A stretch of DNA of 64,000 bases, from positions 104,906,001-104,970,000 of the forward strand of contig NW_024704743.1 of assembly GCF_018977255.1 (NCBI RefSeq), given 5' to 3'. This stretch comes from Callorhinchus milii (taxonomy: Eukaryota). The position numbers and the translations under genes are program-made. Numbering within the stretch: the first letter of the stretch is position 1; each line of letters starts with the position of its first letter. The notes below the pieces were generated by a model. The model had not been told where the DNA came from. It searched no databases and was given only the letters and a program-made list of their open reading frames with translations. Positions 29,041-40,830 of the stretch are shown here, piece by piece.

Positions 29041-32000
29041 TAACGGTTGTACACAGTAACTAACAATCTCAGACGTGTCCTCGACACAATCAAACACTGA
29101 ATAAGATACCAATTAACTGCTTACTATTGGGAACCAACTTGATATTTTCTGGTAATAGAACAGTATTGGTTTACAAAATTGGCGTTCAACACATATGTTT
29201 TCGTCAAATAAACACTAGGGAGATTTTGAGTATGCAGAATTGGTAAAGAAAGGTCCTCAATCAAGTCACTGGCTTCAATTGTGGCTTCTGACCAAAAGTA
29301 ATGAGAATCAGTTCCATAATCTAGGCTCAACATTTCATTTTTTGTCTGTCTGTTCTTGTTTAAGATTGGAGGAGATCCACACAGTTTGAGATCAATCTCA
29401 AATTGATCAAAGACCAATAATGATGCAGAATGTTCTCAGAGAAGCAAAAAAATAGATTTTAAGATCGAATTTGCCTCCTTTTCCTTCTAATGAGCTGGAA
29501 TCCAATATCCTAATCTGCATTGTCATATATGGAGTGCAGCTTCCTTGCTTAATCTTGATTCGCAATGAGGCAGTGCCATAAGCAACCATTTTTGACCAGG
29601 CTTACATACAACACTTGTGTTTTATTGCCTTGTGGTTGACTATAGACAAAACACAATGCTGAGGTGGATTTACTTTATCACCAAATTCTGAGTTCCAAAA
29701 TCAATTCCTGACCCTGGCTAGAATAATACTGGCAAATAGAGATCATATTTTTACAGAAGGTAGGTACACAAACTTTCTGCGTAAGAAACATTCCAAAATT
29801 GATATTGGAGTTTGTATCATTTTACTGCCAATAAACAAGGTTACAGTTTTTAGATCATTCCAAGAATTCAGCATTTTGAATTCTGAGAATCTTTGAATAA
29901 CGCTCAGTTTTACAAATATCAGTTTCTGGAATGAGGAAGAAGGCACGATAAATGTTTCAATAGGAAGAATGGGAGAGCAAGGTATTACATGGGGAGGAAG
30001 CAAAGAGAGAAAAATGTTACAGGAGAGGGCAAGGAGGAGGAATGAAAGGGAAAGGTTACATGGGGGCAGGAAGAGGAAACCAAGAAAAATGTTCGATGGG
30101 AGGAAGGGACAAGAGAGAAGTGTTATATTGGAGAAAGGGGCAATAGAAATGTTACATAGGGAGGAAGGGTTAGAGAAATTAACCCTTCCTCCCTATGTAA
30201 CATTGCTCATGCCCCTTTCTCCAATATAAGAAAATGCTTTTACCTCTTGGGACTTATACATGTGATATAGCACTACATGTTGAGGGTAATGAAGACAACT
30301 TGGCTACTTCCCAGTTATGTCAGAATACTCACGGGATATATATTTTACTCCATCTGTCTTAATAAGATCAATGTATACATCAAGAAAAAAAAGAAGAGCT
30401 TTATTACAAAATAGGGGGTTCATTTGTGAAATTATCAGTGTCACCTCCTGTGAAGCTTTAGTCAATGTGAGTATTATTGGTGTTTGCGACAGGTTTAAAA
30501 TACAGTACATTTTCTTGGAATACATTTTGACTTTTACATCTACTTACATCCAAAGTAAATATTATTTCACTGTTTGGGATTCAATGACACATCCACAAAT
30601 TGCATCCTTCATTTTCTTTTCAGGAAGTTCTCTTCTATTCAACTAACTCCATTACAATGTTGCATTTAAACAAGCAATTTCCTTGTCACTTGTTGCTAAA
30701 TGAAACAGTGAGAGAATTAATTCCCAGTGAAGAAACAAATACATGGTGAAAGGGGGATTGGGGATGGAGAAGGAATGCAATAATAATAATCCTTGCATTT
30801 GATATAGCACCTAATCACATCTTCTAGACGTCTCAAAGCACTTCATAGAATATAACGTAAAGTGAATTGACTAATTTGTAATACAAAACTAATAATGTAC
30901 TATATAATAATGTACAGTACAGCTCAATACAACAAAGGTAACAGCTCAATGCAATTCAACAAAACTGTACTGTATAAAGAATTAAACAAACAAGAGTTTT
31001 TAAGGCTATAAGATATGTCTGAGTCATGTGTTACTGTTTACTTATTTACTTATGTACCCTGTAGGTTGCCCACATTCACAGCATTACACCTACAGCAGCA
31101 GCACTGTCAACAAGTGATGCTGTTGCTTCTTATTCTGACCTCAAAAAGAAGTGGCTTTCCGCAGCAACTCCAAAGGAAAGTAAACTGCCAACTATAATGT
31201 GACCATTGTCACTGGAGGGTCTGCTGATGATCCTGACAGTTTATTGAACAAGCAGCTGAACCATGCAGACTCCGAAGATTTGAGGCTCAACACTCCAGTC
31301 TGTGCTGAGTTAGCTCATCTCAGCTGAGGTGGCACTGGAAGTGTTAAAATTAGCTTCACTGCCAGTCACCGGAAATAAATCATCCACTGTTCATTATCCA
31401 GGCCTCTCCTTCCTCGGGAGATGTTCGTGAATGAGTGCCAGGTAAAGACAGGTTCAGGCATAGCTGTAATGCATTCTTCAATTAAACAGCCTTTGCCACA
31501 CTTGCTGTCAGGCATAAAGCATTTTGATTATGCAACACCAAGAAACCCATCTTATGGTAGTTTTCCATTGTTTTGCCTGTATGTACTTCCTTTTGCGTTC
31601 ATTTGCAAAAGTGCGGTACCCAGAAATAAACTGACCAACCACAACTTTAATACAACTGCACATGTGCATTCGTTTTCCTGCTCTGGCAACCATTGGAAAT
31701 AATACAAATTACATCTGTAATGTTCATTTGTATAGCGCCTTTCACGTCAGGAGGACATCTTACGTGAAATAATGCAACAGGATAATAGAACATTACAAAA
31801 TAGAACATTACAGAAATATTATTTGAAATACAGGCTCAGCAGGCACTGCCCACTTCACATCTGGCCCACTACCAATTGCATTCGGGTTTTCAGCGTATCT
31901 GCCCCCATTCACTGAAACTCCATCCTGGAGACCCTTCAAATCACCTCGTCCCTCGCCTCCTTTAAACATGCCATAAAAATGTAAATTTGTATAGTATGGT

Positions 32001-32090
32001 TTCCCCCCCCCCTCCACCACTTCAAGGCTCCAAACTACACAAGAGTAAAATTGCAACTACTAAAATAAGCATTGATTTGAGTCTTGCAAT

Positions 32091-32548
32091 ACAACAACAA
32101 AATTACATTTACAGAGCGCCTTTCGTACCAGGAGGACGTCCCAAAGCGCTGAACAGTCAGATGTCGGGGCCCAAGCATGGGAGAGGGATGGTGTAGGGGT
32201 GAGAGAAGGCAGAGAGGTGGGAGGGAGACTGAAGGCACGGTCTAAGAGAAGGGTCTTGAGATTGGCCTTGAAGGATGCAAGGGAGAAAGCGAGGCAAAGG
32301 GACCGTGGGATGGAGTTCCAGAGTTTGGGGGCAGAGAGGCTGAAAGCCCAGCCACCCATGGTAGGGTGGGTCGGGCAGGAGACATGGAGCAGACCTGAGC
32401 CTGATGAGCGGAGGGAGCGGGCAGGTTGGTAGGGAGTCAGCAGGTCAGAGAGGTAGGAGGGGGCAAGGCCATGGATGGCCTTAAAGGTGAGGACGAAGAT
32501 TTTGAACTCAATCCTCTGGGGAATGGGGAGCCAGTGGAGTCGGGTAAC
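32091..32548 (-). mobile_element. L2 LINE 3' fragment
   Basis: RLHWLPIPQRIEFKIFVLTFKAIHGLAP...LWNSIP and the L2 tail. Confidence 0.9.
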
Positions 32549-33431
32549 CAACTGGTAACCAGCTGAAAGTGGGCTCATGGTCGAATGCATGACCATTTTT
32601 CCTGCAGAGACAGATAGCAATCACAAGCAGGAATAACATCCAATTTTTTCTCGCTACAGCCTTGATACTTTGACGCTAATGATAACATCAGTTAAGATTG
32701 ACAAACTCGATGTCAAGCCTCAGGCCCTTCCTGTTTATCACATGATGCATTTAGTCATAGATCTTGCAGATAAAGATCGCAACAATAATATTATTATCAA
32801 AGGTTAACAACACCTCACTGGGTCAAAACAAAACATTTGAAACACTAAAATAATCACCATCAGCCGAACGGTCATATCTCACACATTTTCAGCAAAGCCC
32901 ACGAGTCACATATTTATGATGAAACAATTTTTTGTGAACCTTAATGTCACATACATCATTCTAGCTCCTGTACATTTATTCCCCCTCCCAACTAATCGTT
33001 TTTGCTTAAAATGATTCATAGTTAACAGTGGCCTGGCTTTGGCATGTATAAATAGGCTTGGGGATTGGCTCAACAAAGGCTACATCAGAACATTTTTCAA
33101 GAAATACAAAATCCTCCGATGCAGTACCCCTTCCCTCTCCACCCAAGAAAACCTGAGATACTCAGATGCAATTTGCCAAAATAAGATAAGACACTCAGAT
33201 GCCTTATTCCCTGCCTTACAGCTCTCAAGGTGTTCTTTACTGTTTCGGACACAGGAACATTTCCATGTGTAGCTGGATGCATGCAGTGTATTTGGACCGC
33301 TCAGCCTTTTAAAGCAGGGCGAGGGGCTTCCTCATATGTCTGGCAGCCAAACTGACACAGAACAAAGATGTTTGGGGGAAATGGCTCCTGTGTTGATTTC
33401 TCTTTTGAAATAGCAATTGCAATGACCACAA

Positions 33432-33432
<1 letters not shown>

Positions 33433-33463
<31 letters not shown>

Positions 33464-33537
33464 TTTTAAAGTGTAACCAGCTCCAAAACAGCGACGTATG
33501 TCACCGTGTGGAGAAGCCACAACTATACAAATATATG

Positions 33538-33569
<32 letters not shown>
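33433..33569. repeat. (CA)n and compound (TA)n(GA)n microsatellites
   Basis: (CA)n at about 33433-33458; (TA)n(GA)n at about 33538-33569. Confidence 0.9.
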
Positions 33570-33705
33570 CTGAGAACAACAAAAGGCCAAACGCGGCAGC
33601 TGTTGCGATAGGAAGTTACCAAAAGCAGAAGTGGATACTACTCGATGCCTTTTGTTGTTGTAAACAAACAAAACCCTCGGGCCCTGCAAAACAGGTCCTA
33701 CTGGT

Positions 33706-34100
33706 CACCACACCAGGAGAGGCCGAGCTGCTGCTCCCCACCACACACACCACACCAGGAGAGGCCGAGCTGCTGCTCCCCATCACACACACACCACACC
33801 AGGAGAGGCCGAGCTGCTGCTCCCCACACACACACCACACCAGGAGAGGCCGAGCTGCTGCTCCCCACACACACACCACACCAGGAGAGGCCGAGCTGCT
33901 GCTCCCCATCACACACACCACACCAGGAGAGGCCGAGCTGCTGCTCCCCATCACACACACCACACCAGGAGAGGCCGAGCTGCTGCTCCCCACACACACA
34001 CCACAACACACCAGGAGAGGCCGAGCTGCTGCTCCCCACACACACACCACACCACACCAGGAGAGGCCGAGCTGCTGCTCCCCATCACACACACCACACA
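33706..34100. repeat. Minisatellite, about 9 copies of a ~40-47 bp unit (caccacaccaggagaggccgagctgctgctcccc plus a variable CA tract)
   Basis: Units directly visible; invariant core with a variable (CA)n spacer. Confidence 0.95.
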
Positions 34101-34147
34101 GCTCAGTGCCCGGACTGGGCACCAGCAGCAGCTAACGTGGCTCCGAC

Positions 34148-34630
34148 ACACACAGCCCCCGACACCCGGACCCTATACACAGCCCCCGACACCCGGACCC
34201 TATACACAGACCCCGACACCCGGACCCTATACACAGCCCCCGACACCCGGACCCTATACACAGCCCCCGACACCCGGACCCTATACACAGCCCCCGACAC
34301 CCGGACCCTATACACAGCCCCCGACACCCGGACCCTATACACAGCCCCCGACACCCGGACCCTATACACAGCCCCCGACACCCGGACCCTATACACAGAC
34401 CCCGACACCCGGACCCTATACACAGCCCCCGACACCCGGACCCTATACACAGACCCCGACACACACAGTTTCCCGACACACAGACCCCATTTACACAGCC
34501 CCCGACACACAGCCCCGACACACAGACCCCAATACACAACCCCCGACACACAGCCCCGACACACAGACCCCGACACACAGACCCCAATACACAGCCCCCG
34601 ACACACAGACCCCGACACCGGGACCCCATT
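34148..34630. repeat. Minisatellite, 27-bp unit acagcccccgacacccggaccctatac, about 11 near-perfect copies followed by degenerate copies
   Basis: Directly visible; it produces the spurious TAPDTRTLY peptide repeat. Confidence 0.95.
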
Positions 34631-34639
34631 TACACAGAC

Positions 34640-35060
34640 CACAAAGGCAGCCGAAGCCCCTTTTTTAGCTGAGCTGCAAGGCCCCAACCGGGGGCCGCGG
34701 CGCCCCTCACAGGCCGCTCCCGACTCCCAGGCCCGGGGCCCGGCTCCCGGCTCCCGGCCCCGGCCCCGGCACCGGCGAGGGGTAGCGGGGGCAGCGCCGA
34801 GCACCTGTGGCTCCGACCCCCCGCCTCAGGGCCGGACCCAGACCCCGGGAGCCGCCGAGAGTCGATGACAAAGCGACGGCGGCTTAACGTGATTCCCCGC
34901 CGACAGCAGCTGCAGCTGTAACCCGCACTCACTGCCTGGTCTGGCGGCCGCTCTCTGGGTCCGGTCCGGTCTGCGGCTCTCGCGCTGCTGTCCCTCTCCG
35001 CCAACAACAGCTGAGGATGTAAACACTGCGTCACGTGACACCAGCCCGTCCGCCCGCGCA
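34640..35060. promoter_or_regulatory. CpG-island-like promoter with a GTCACGTGAC palindrome (35030-35039) and a Forkhead-type TGTAAACA (35018-35025)
   Basis: Very high GC and CpG density against an AT-rich, CpG-depleted background. Motifs read directly from the sequence. Confidence 0.7.
34933..35029 (-). other. PCMTD1: Candidate non-coding exon 1 of PCMTD1 (implies a ~22.6-kb intron 1)
   Basis: Lies in the only CpG-island-like segment upstream of the coding exons. Consensus donor CAGGCA|gtgagt at 34933/34932; no ATG in the exon. The TSS is not determinable from sequence. Confidence 0.6.
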
Positions 35061-37280
35061 GCACTGCACAGCCCCACACCCCCACTGCACAGCACTGCAC
35101 AGCCCCACACCCCCACTGCACAGCACTGCACAGCCCCACACCCCCACTGCACAGCACTGCACAGCCCCACACCCCCACTGCACAGCACTGCACAGCCCCA
35201 CACCCCCACTGCACAGCACTGCACAGCCCCACACCCCCACTGCACAGCACTGCACAGCCCCACACACCCCACTGCACAGCCCCACACACCCCACTGCACA
35301 GCACTGCACAGCCCCACACACCCCACTGCACAGCCCCACACACCCCACTGCACAGCACAACACAGCCCCACACCCCCACTGCACAGCCCCACAGCACTGC
35401 ACAGCCCCACACCCCCACAGCACAGCCCCACACCCCCACTGCACAGCACTGCACAGCCCCACACACTGCACAGCACAGCACTGCACAGCCCCACACACCC
35501 CACTGCACATCCCCACACCCCCACTGCACAGCCCCACAGCACTGCACAGGCCCACAGCACTGCACAGCCCCACAGCACTGCACAGCCCCACACCCCCACT
35601 GCACAGCACTGCACAGCCCCACACCCCCACTGCACAGCACTGCACAGCCCCACACACCCCACTGCACAGCCCCACACCCCCACTGCACAGCCCCACAGCA
35701 CTGCACAGCCCCACACCCCCACTGCACAGCCCCACACCCCCACTGCACAGCACTGCACAGCCCCACACCCCCCACTGCACAGCACTGCACAGCCCCACAC
35801 ACCCCACTGCACAGCCCCACACACCCCCACTGCACAGCACTGCACAGCCCCACACACTGCACAGCACAGCACTGCACAGCCCCACACACCCCACTGCACA
35901 GCCCCACAGCCCCACACACTCCACTGCACAGCACAACACAGCCCCACGCACCCCACTGCACAACACAGCCCCACACAGCACTGCACAACACTGCACAGCC
36001 CCACACAACACTACACAGCCCTACTGCACAACACAGCCCCACACAACACTACACAGCCCCACTGCACAACACAATACTGCACAGCCCCACAGCACAACAC
36101 AGCCCCACTCAATATTACACAGCCCCACACTACACAACACAGCCACACAGCACAACACAGCCACACTCAATATTACACAGCCCCACACTACACAGCCCCA
36201 CTGCACAGCCCCACACAACACTACACAGCCCCACTGCACAACACAGCCCCACAGCACAACACAGCCCCACAGCACAACCCCACACAACACAGCCCCACAG
36301 CACAACCCCACACAACACAGCCCCACAGCACAACACAACCCCACAGCACAACACAACCCCACACAACACAGCCCCACAGCACAACCCAACACAGCCCCAC
36401 AGCACAACACAGCCCCACAGGACAACACAGCCCCACCGCACAACACAGCCCTACACTACACAGCCCCACAGCACAACACAGCCCCACAGCACAACACAGC
36501 CCCACAGCACAACACAGCCCCACAGCACAACACAGCCCCACACAACACAGCCCCACAGCACAACACAACCCCACACAACACAGCCCCACAGCACAACACA
36601 ACCCAACACAGCCCCACAGCACAACACAGCCCCACAGCACAACCCTACACTACACTGCCCCACACAACACAGCCCCACAGCACAACCCTACACTACACTG
36701 CCCCACACTACACGGCCCCACAGCACAACACAGACCTACACTACACAGCCCCACAGCACAACACAGCTCTACACAACACGGCCCCACACTACACAGCCCC
36801 ACATAGCACAACACAGCACTACACATCCGCACACAACACAGCCACACACTACACAACACAGCCCTACACTACACAACACAGCCCCACACAGCACAACACA
36901 GCCCCACACAGCACAACACAGCCCCACACAGCACAACACAGCCCCACACAGCACAACACAGCCCTACACTACGCAGCCCAACACAACACAGCCCCGCACA
37001 GCACAGCCCCACACAGCACAGCCCCACACAGTACAACACAACAGAGTCCTGCACAGCACATCCCTACACAGCACAACACAGACCCACACAGCCCCACACA
37101 GCACAGCCCCACACAGCACAACACAACTCCACACAGCACAACACAGTCCCGCACAACACAGTCCCGCACAACACAGCGCAGCCCCACCCAGCACAGAACA
37201 GCCCGCACAGCACAGTTGCACACAGCACAGTCCCACACAGCACTGTAAAGCTCCACACAGACAGCCCCACACAGCACAGT
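35058..37280. repeat. 2.2-kb C/A-rich compound satellite (cactgcacagccccacac grading into cacagcacaacacagccc)
   Basis: Directly visible; extreme strand asymmetry. Confidence 0.95.
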
Positions 37281-37668
37281 ATAAATTACATTTGTATAGT
37301 ACCTTTCACATCAGGGGAATGTCTCAAGGCGCTGGATGTGAAAGGTTCTACACAAATGTAATTTTGTTGTTGTTGTTGGACGGTCAGGGATCCGCACTCA
37401 AGCTGGTGGTTGGGATCAGGAAGGGAGGAGAGAGGGGAGGGGTAACCGGGTGACCAAAGGCATGGTCAAAGAAGAGGGTATTGAGATGGATCTTGAAGGA
37501 AGCAAGGGATGGGTTGAGGCGGAGGTACTGTGGGATGGAGTTCCAGGGTGGGGACAGAGAGGCTGAAGGTCCGGTGGGCAAGGTGGGGGACATGAAGCAG
37601 GCCGGAGCCTGCTGAGCGGAGGCAGTGAACAGGTTGATACTGGGTTAGGAGGTCACAGATGTAGGGAA
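37281..37668 (-). mobile_element. L2 LINE 3' fragment carrying a ~40-bp inverted L2 tail insertion
   Basis: WNSIP...FKIHL motif; see findings. Confidence 0.85.
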
Positions 37669-38439
37669 GAGCACAGTAAAGCACCACATAGCACGACCCA
37701 ACACAACTCACTTCAACATAACTATACTAAGCCTAAAACAACTCAAAAGCTACTCAATAGGACCAACATAATTGAGTCCAGTATAAAAGAAGCCAGATCA
37801 GCAAAACTCTTGAAAGCTCATCATATCAAACAAAAATCTAATGGATAACGCCCATTACAACTTAACCACAATTCCACATACTAGAGACAAGTAACAACAC
37901 AGTCCAACATATACGTTGAATAAGATGGTCTGAGCTGACACTTTGTTCATAGCACAGTTAAACTAGCGTGTTCCAAGAATTTGGTACTGATACCGCACGT
38001 AGAGCATTCAAAGTGCATCTAAATCTCTTTAGCAAGTAATGGGGAGCAGGTGGGAAATATGAAGCAGACCATTATTTGTTGAGTGGAGTGAGCGACTCAG
38101 ACAGTAAGCTCACAGGAAGTAGCAGGGGTAGGATGGGGAGAGGCTAAGAAGTTAGAGTTCAGTATCATCTGTGTGGAAATGAACTCCAATGCTTGTCCAA
38201 CCTTCTTTTTAAACAAATTACACAACGTATAGCTTTCTGTTGTTTAACAAAAATGTACTCAGCAACATTATTTACCTCAAAACAAGTGTTTTAGACAATT
38301 TATCTAGATTTCCAATTTATATACAAGCTTATTACACTGTTCTATCATGTAGCATGGCGGGACAGGCTTGAGGGACTGAATTGCCTACTCCTGTTCCTTT
38401 ATTCCTAGGTTCCTATATCAAGTATTTCTTCTGAATTCC

Positions 38440-39538
38440 AGTTGTTTGATGGATTTCATGAACAATTTAACAAAATAGAAGCCCATGGTATTAAAGGGAC
38501 TGTGGCAAGGAGACAGAAAGCAGAGTGGTAGTAAACGGTTGCTTTTCTGACTGGAGGGAGGTGTGTAGTGGTGTCCCTCAGGGGTCGGTACTGGGACCAC
38601 TGCTCTTTCTTTTCTATATTAATGATCTGGACCTGGATATAAGGAGCACAATTTCCAAATCTGCAGACGATACTAAGCTAGGAAAAGTAGTTAATGGTGA
38701 GGGGGATAGCACCAGACTCCAAGAGGACTTAGATGGATTGATACAATGGGCAGAAATGTACCAGATGAGGTTTAATGTGGAGAAATGTGAAGTGTTGCAT
38801 TTTGGTAGGAAGAATGAGGAGAGGCAGTATAAGCTGATGGTACAAGCTTAAAGGGGGCAAATGAACAGAGAGACCTGAGGATCCACATAAGCAAATCTCT
38901 GAAGGTGGCAGGACAGGTAGGTAAAGCTGTTAAAAAAGCATATGGGATACTAGTTTTTATAAATAGGGGCATAGAATTCAAAAGTCAGGAGGTTATGTTG
39001 AATATTTATAAAATGCTGGTTGGGCCTCAGTTGGAGTACTGCATTCAGTTCTGGGCACCGCACTTTAGGAAAGATCTTTAGGAATGAAAGACCTTAGTTA
39101 TGAGGAGAGGTTAGCGAAACTAGGATTATTTTCCCTAGAGCAGTGAAGATTAAGAGGGGATTTAATAGAGGTTTTCAAGATCATGAGAGGATTTGATAGG
39201 TTGAACCGGGAAAAACTGTTTCCACTGGCATGTGAGCCAGTAACCCAAGGACACCAATTTAAAATAGTTGTTAAAAGAAACAGAGGGGAGGTTAAAAAAA
39301 NTGTTTTCACCCAACGTGTTGTTCGGATCTGGAATGCATAACCTGAAAGGGTAGTGGAAGCCAATTCAATAACAACTTTTAAGAGAGAAGTAGATGGGTA
39401 TTTGGGGAGGATAAGATTACAGGGCTTTGGAGAGAAAGCTGGCCAGTGGGATTGAGTTGGATTGTTCTTTTCAAAGCCGGTGTAGACACGATGGGCTGAA
39501 TGGCCTTTTTCTGTGCTGTATGATTCTATGATTCTATG
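38440..39538 (+). mobile_element. CR1-clade LINE, 5'-truncated (RT C-terminal half plus 3'UTR)
   Basis: Motifs [31 protein letters not shown] and FNVEKCEVLHFG; terminal (ATTCTATG)n repeats. Contains an N at 39301. Confidence 0.93.
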
Positions 39539-39689
39539 AATTTTGCTGCCGCAGGCACTAACCTTTTAATTCAACTGAATGTTTGCTGGTAGCTTCCAGT
39601 ACTAAATTACAAACTACCAGAGTATCTGTATTGTTGTTATCCGCATGTGGTTTGGTTTATTTCACTAAACGCTTGCCGCAGCAAAATTG

Positions 39690-40000
39690 CTCTTGAAATC
39701 CACTGAGCCTCCAATGCGTGTGATTTGAGTGCAGTGACTACCCGGAGCACCACTTGAAGAGCCACTGAAATCAGCGAGATCCCTCTGTAGTTATCGGTTT
39801 CACAAGAGTCACTAGAGTCCCCCTTCTTGTGGATAGACACCACAATTGCACTCTGGAACCCTGACAGGGTACATGCTTCAGAAAGAAACTTCTGTCCAGT
39901 GCTAGGAGGGCAGCTCCAAGGCGAGTTGGGGGTTCCTGGCTTGGACCTGTAAGATCCTCACTGTTCTCCATCTCCTTCCTCAGATCGCTGCTCATCACAG
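39690..40000 (-). mobile_element. Fragment of a different non-LTR retrotransposon RT (RTE-like?)
   Basis: VSIHKKGDSSDSCETDNYRGISLISVALQVV is a typical RT domain-1 signature (NYRGISL), unlike the local L2 copies. Confidence 0.55.
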
Positions 40001-40469
40001 TAAAAATGCTGTGAAGTGCTAAAGCACTATATCAAATATAAGGATTATTATTAGATCATGTGGCATCCTACTCCACTTACAGTCAAGTGTTTTCATAACT
40101 CAGTTTAAATCAACTGTAAAAATAAGCAATTCAAACATGGAGTTGTCCTGCCAAAAGTATTAAGTGTAACTGCACGAGTTGCACTAATCCACCCATACAC
40201 ATCTGATTTAGCCTGAAACATTGGATAATCACATCAGAAAAGAGAAGCTCTCTCTCCACAAATAGTTTTGCACCACTTCCTTACAAAAGAGCAATCTATT
40301 AACAATTTAAAAAGCAGTGGAATATTTTGAACAAATCTTGAAAGACTTTGGGAATAATTCCTGACATTCCCCAGGATTGAAAGCTGTGCAAAGTAAAATG
40401 AACACAGCAGTACATGGAAGATATAAAATTACACCAATCAAAGTGTAAGAGCAAAATGTTAAGCTTTTT

Positions 40470-40830
40470 TAAAAATGATTCCAAAGTCCTGGCTTCAGCC
40501 ACCCTCCTAATAATTATTTCAGTTGTTAATTACCCACTGGGTAAAGTAAAATGTCCTGGTGTCTGTCCTGAAATTGCCCTTTGCAACTGTAAACCTATGT
40601 CCTCTTGTTCTGCTGTCTTGGTCCATCCTAAAGTATTGCTGCAGGTTTACTTTTTCAGTGCCATTTAAAATATTATGTACCTCTATAAGGTCCCCTGTGA
40701 GATGTCTCATTTCAAGACTGAAGAGTCCTAGTTTGTCTAATCGTCACTCATAGCTCATTCGTCTAATACTGGGGATCACCCTTATTGCTCTCCCCTGAAA
40801 AGCCTCTAGGGCCTTGACAGTCCCCTGATC
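40470..40830 (-). mobile_element. CR1-clade LINE 3' fragment (other CR1 3' remnants at about 12950-13100(-), 38345-38416(+), 47820-47932(+) and 55280-55480(+))
   Basis: GDLIEVHNIL...SRTRGHRFTV...FYFTQWVINN, the CR1 ORF2 C-terminus. Confidence 0.8.

Noticed and set aside
33706..34100. CRISPR-like array (constant repeat with variable spacers)
   Set aside because: The spacers are just short (CA)n tracts, there are no cas genes, and the locus is eukaryotic.
33645..34868. 407-aa ORF with a MUC1-like TAPDTRTLY repeat
   Set aside because: A by-product of two minisatellites; there is no signal peptide or exon context, and it is antisense to PCMTD1 intron 1.
35011..35026. miR-30-like sequence
   Set aside because: The minus strand reads TGTTTACATCCTC, not TGTAAACATCCTC, and no precursor hairpin is evident.
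35060..36000. Array of metal-response elements
   Set aside because: The repeat core is TGCACAG, which does not match the MRE consensus TGCRCNC.
35035..37248. 737-aa His/Thr/Pro-rich ORF and the antisense Cys/Gly/Val-rich ORFs
   Set aside because: These are translations of a C/A-rich satellite that lacks stop codons by composition; several frames are open at once.
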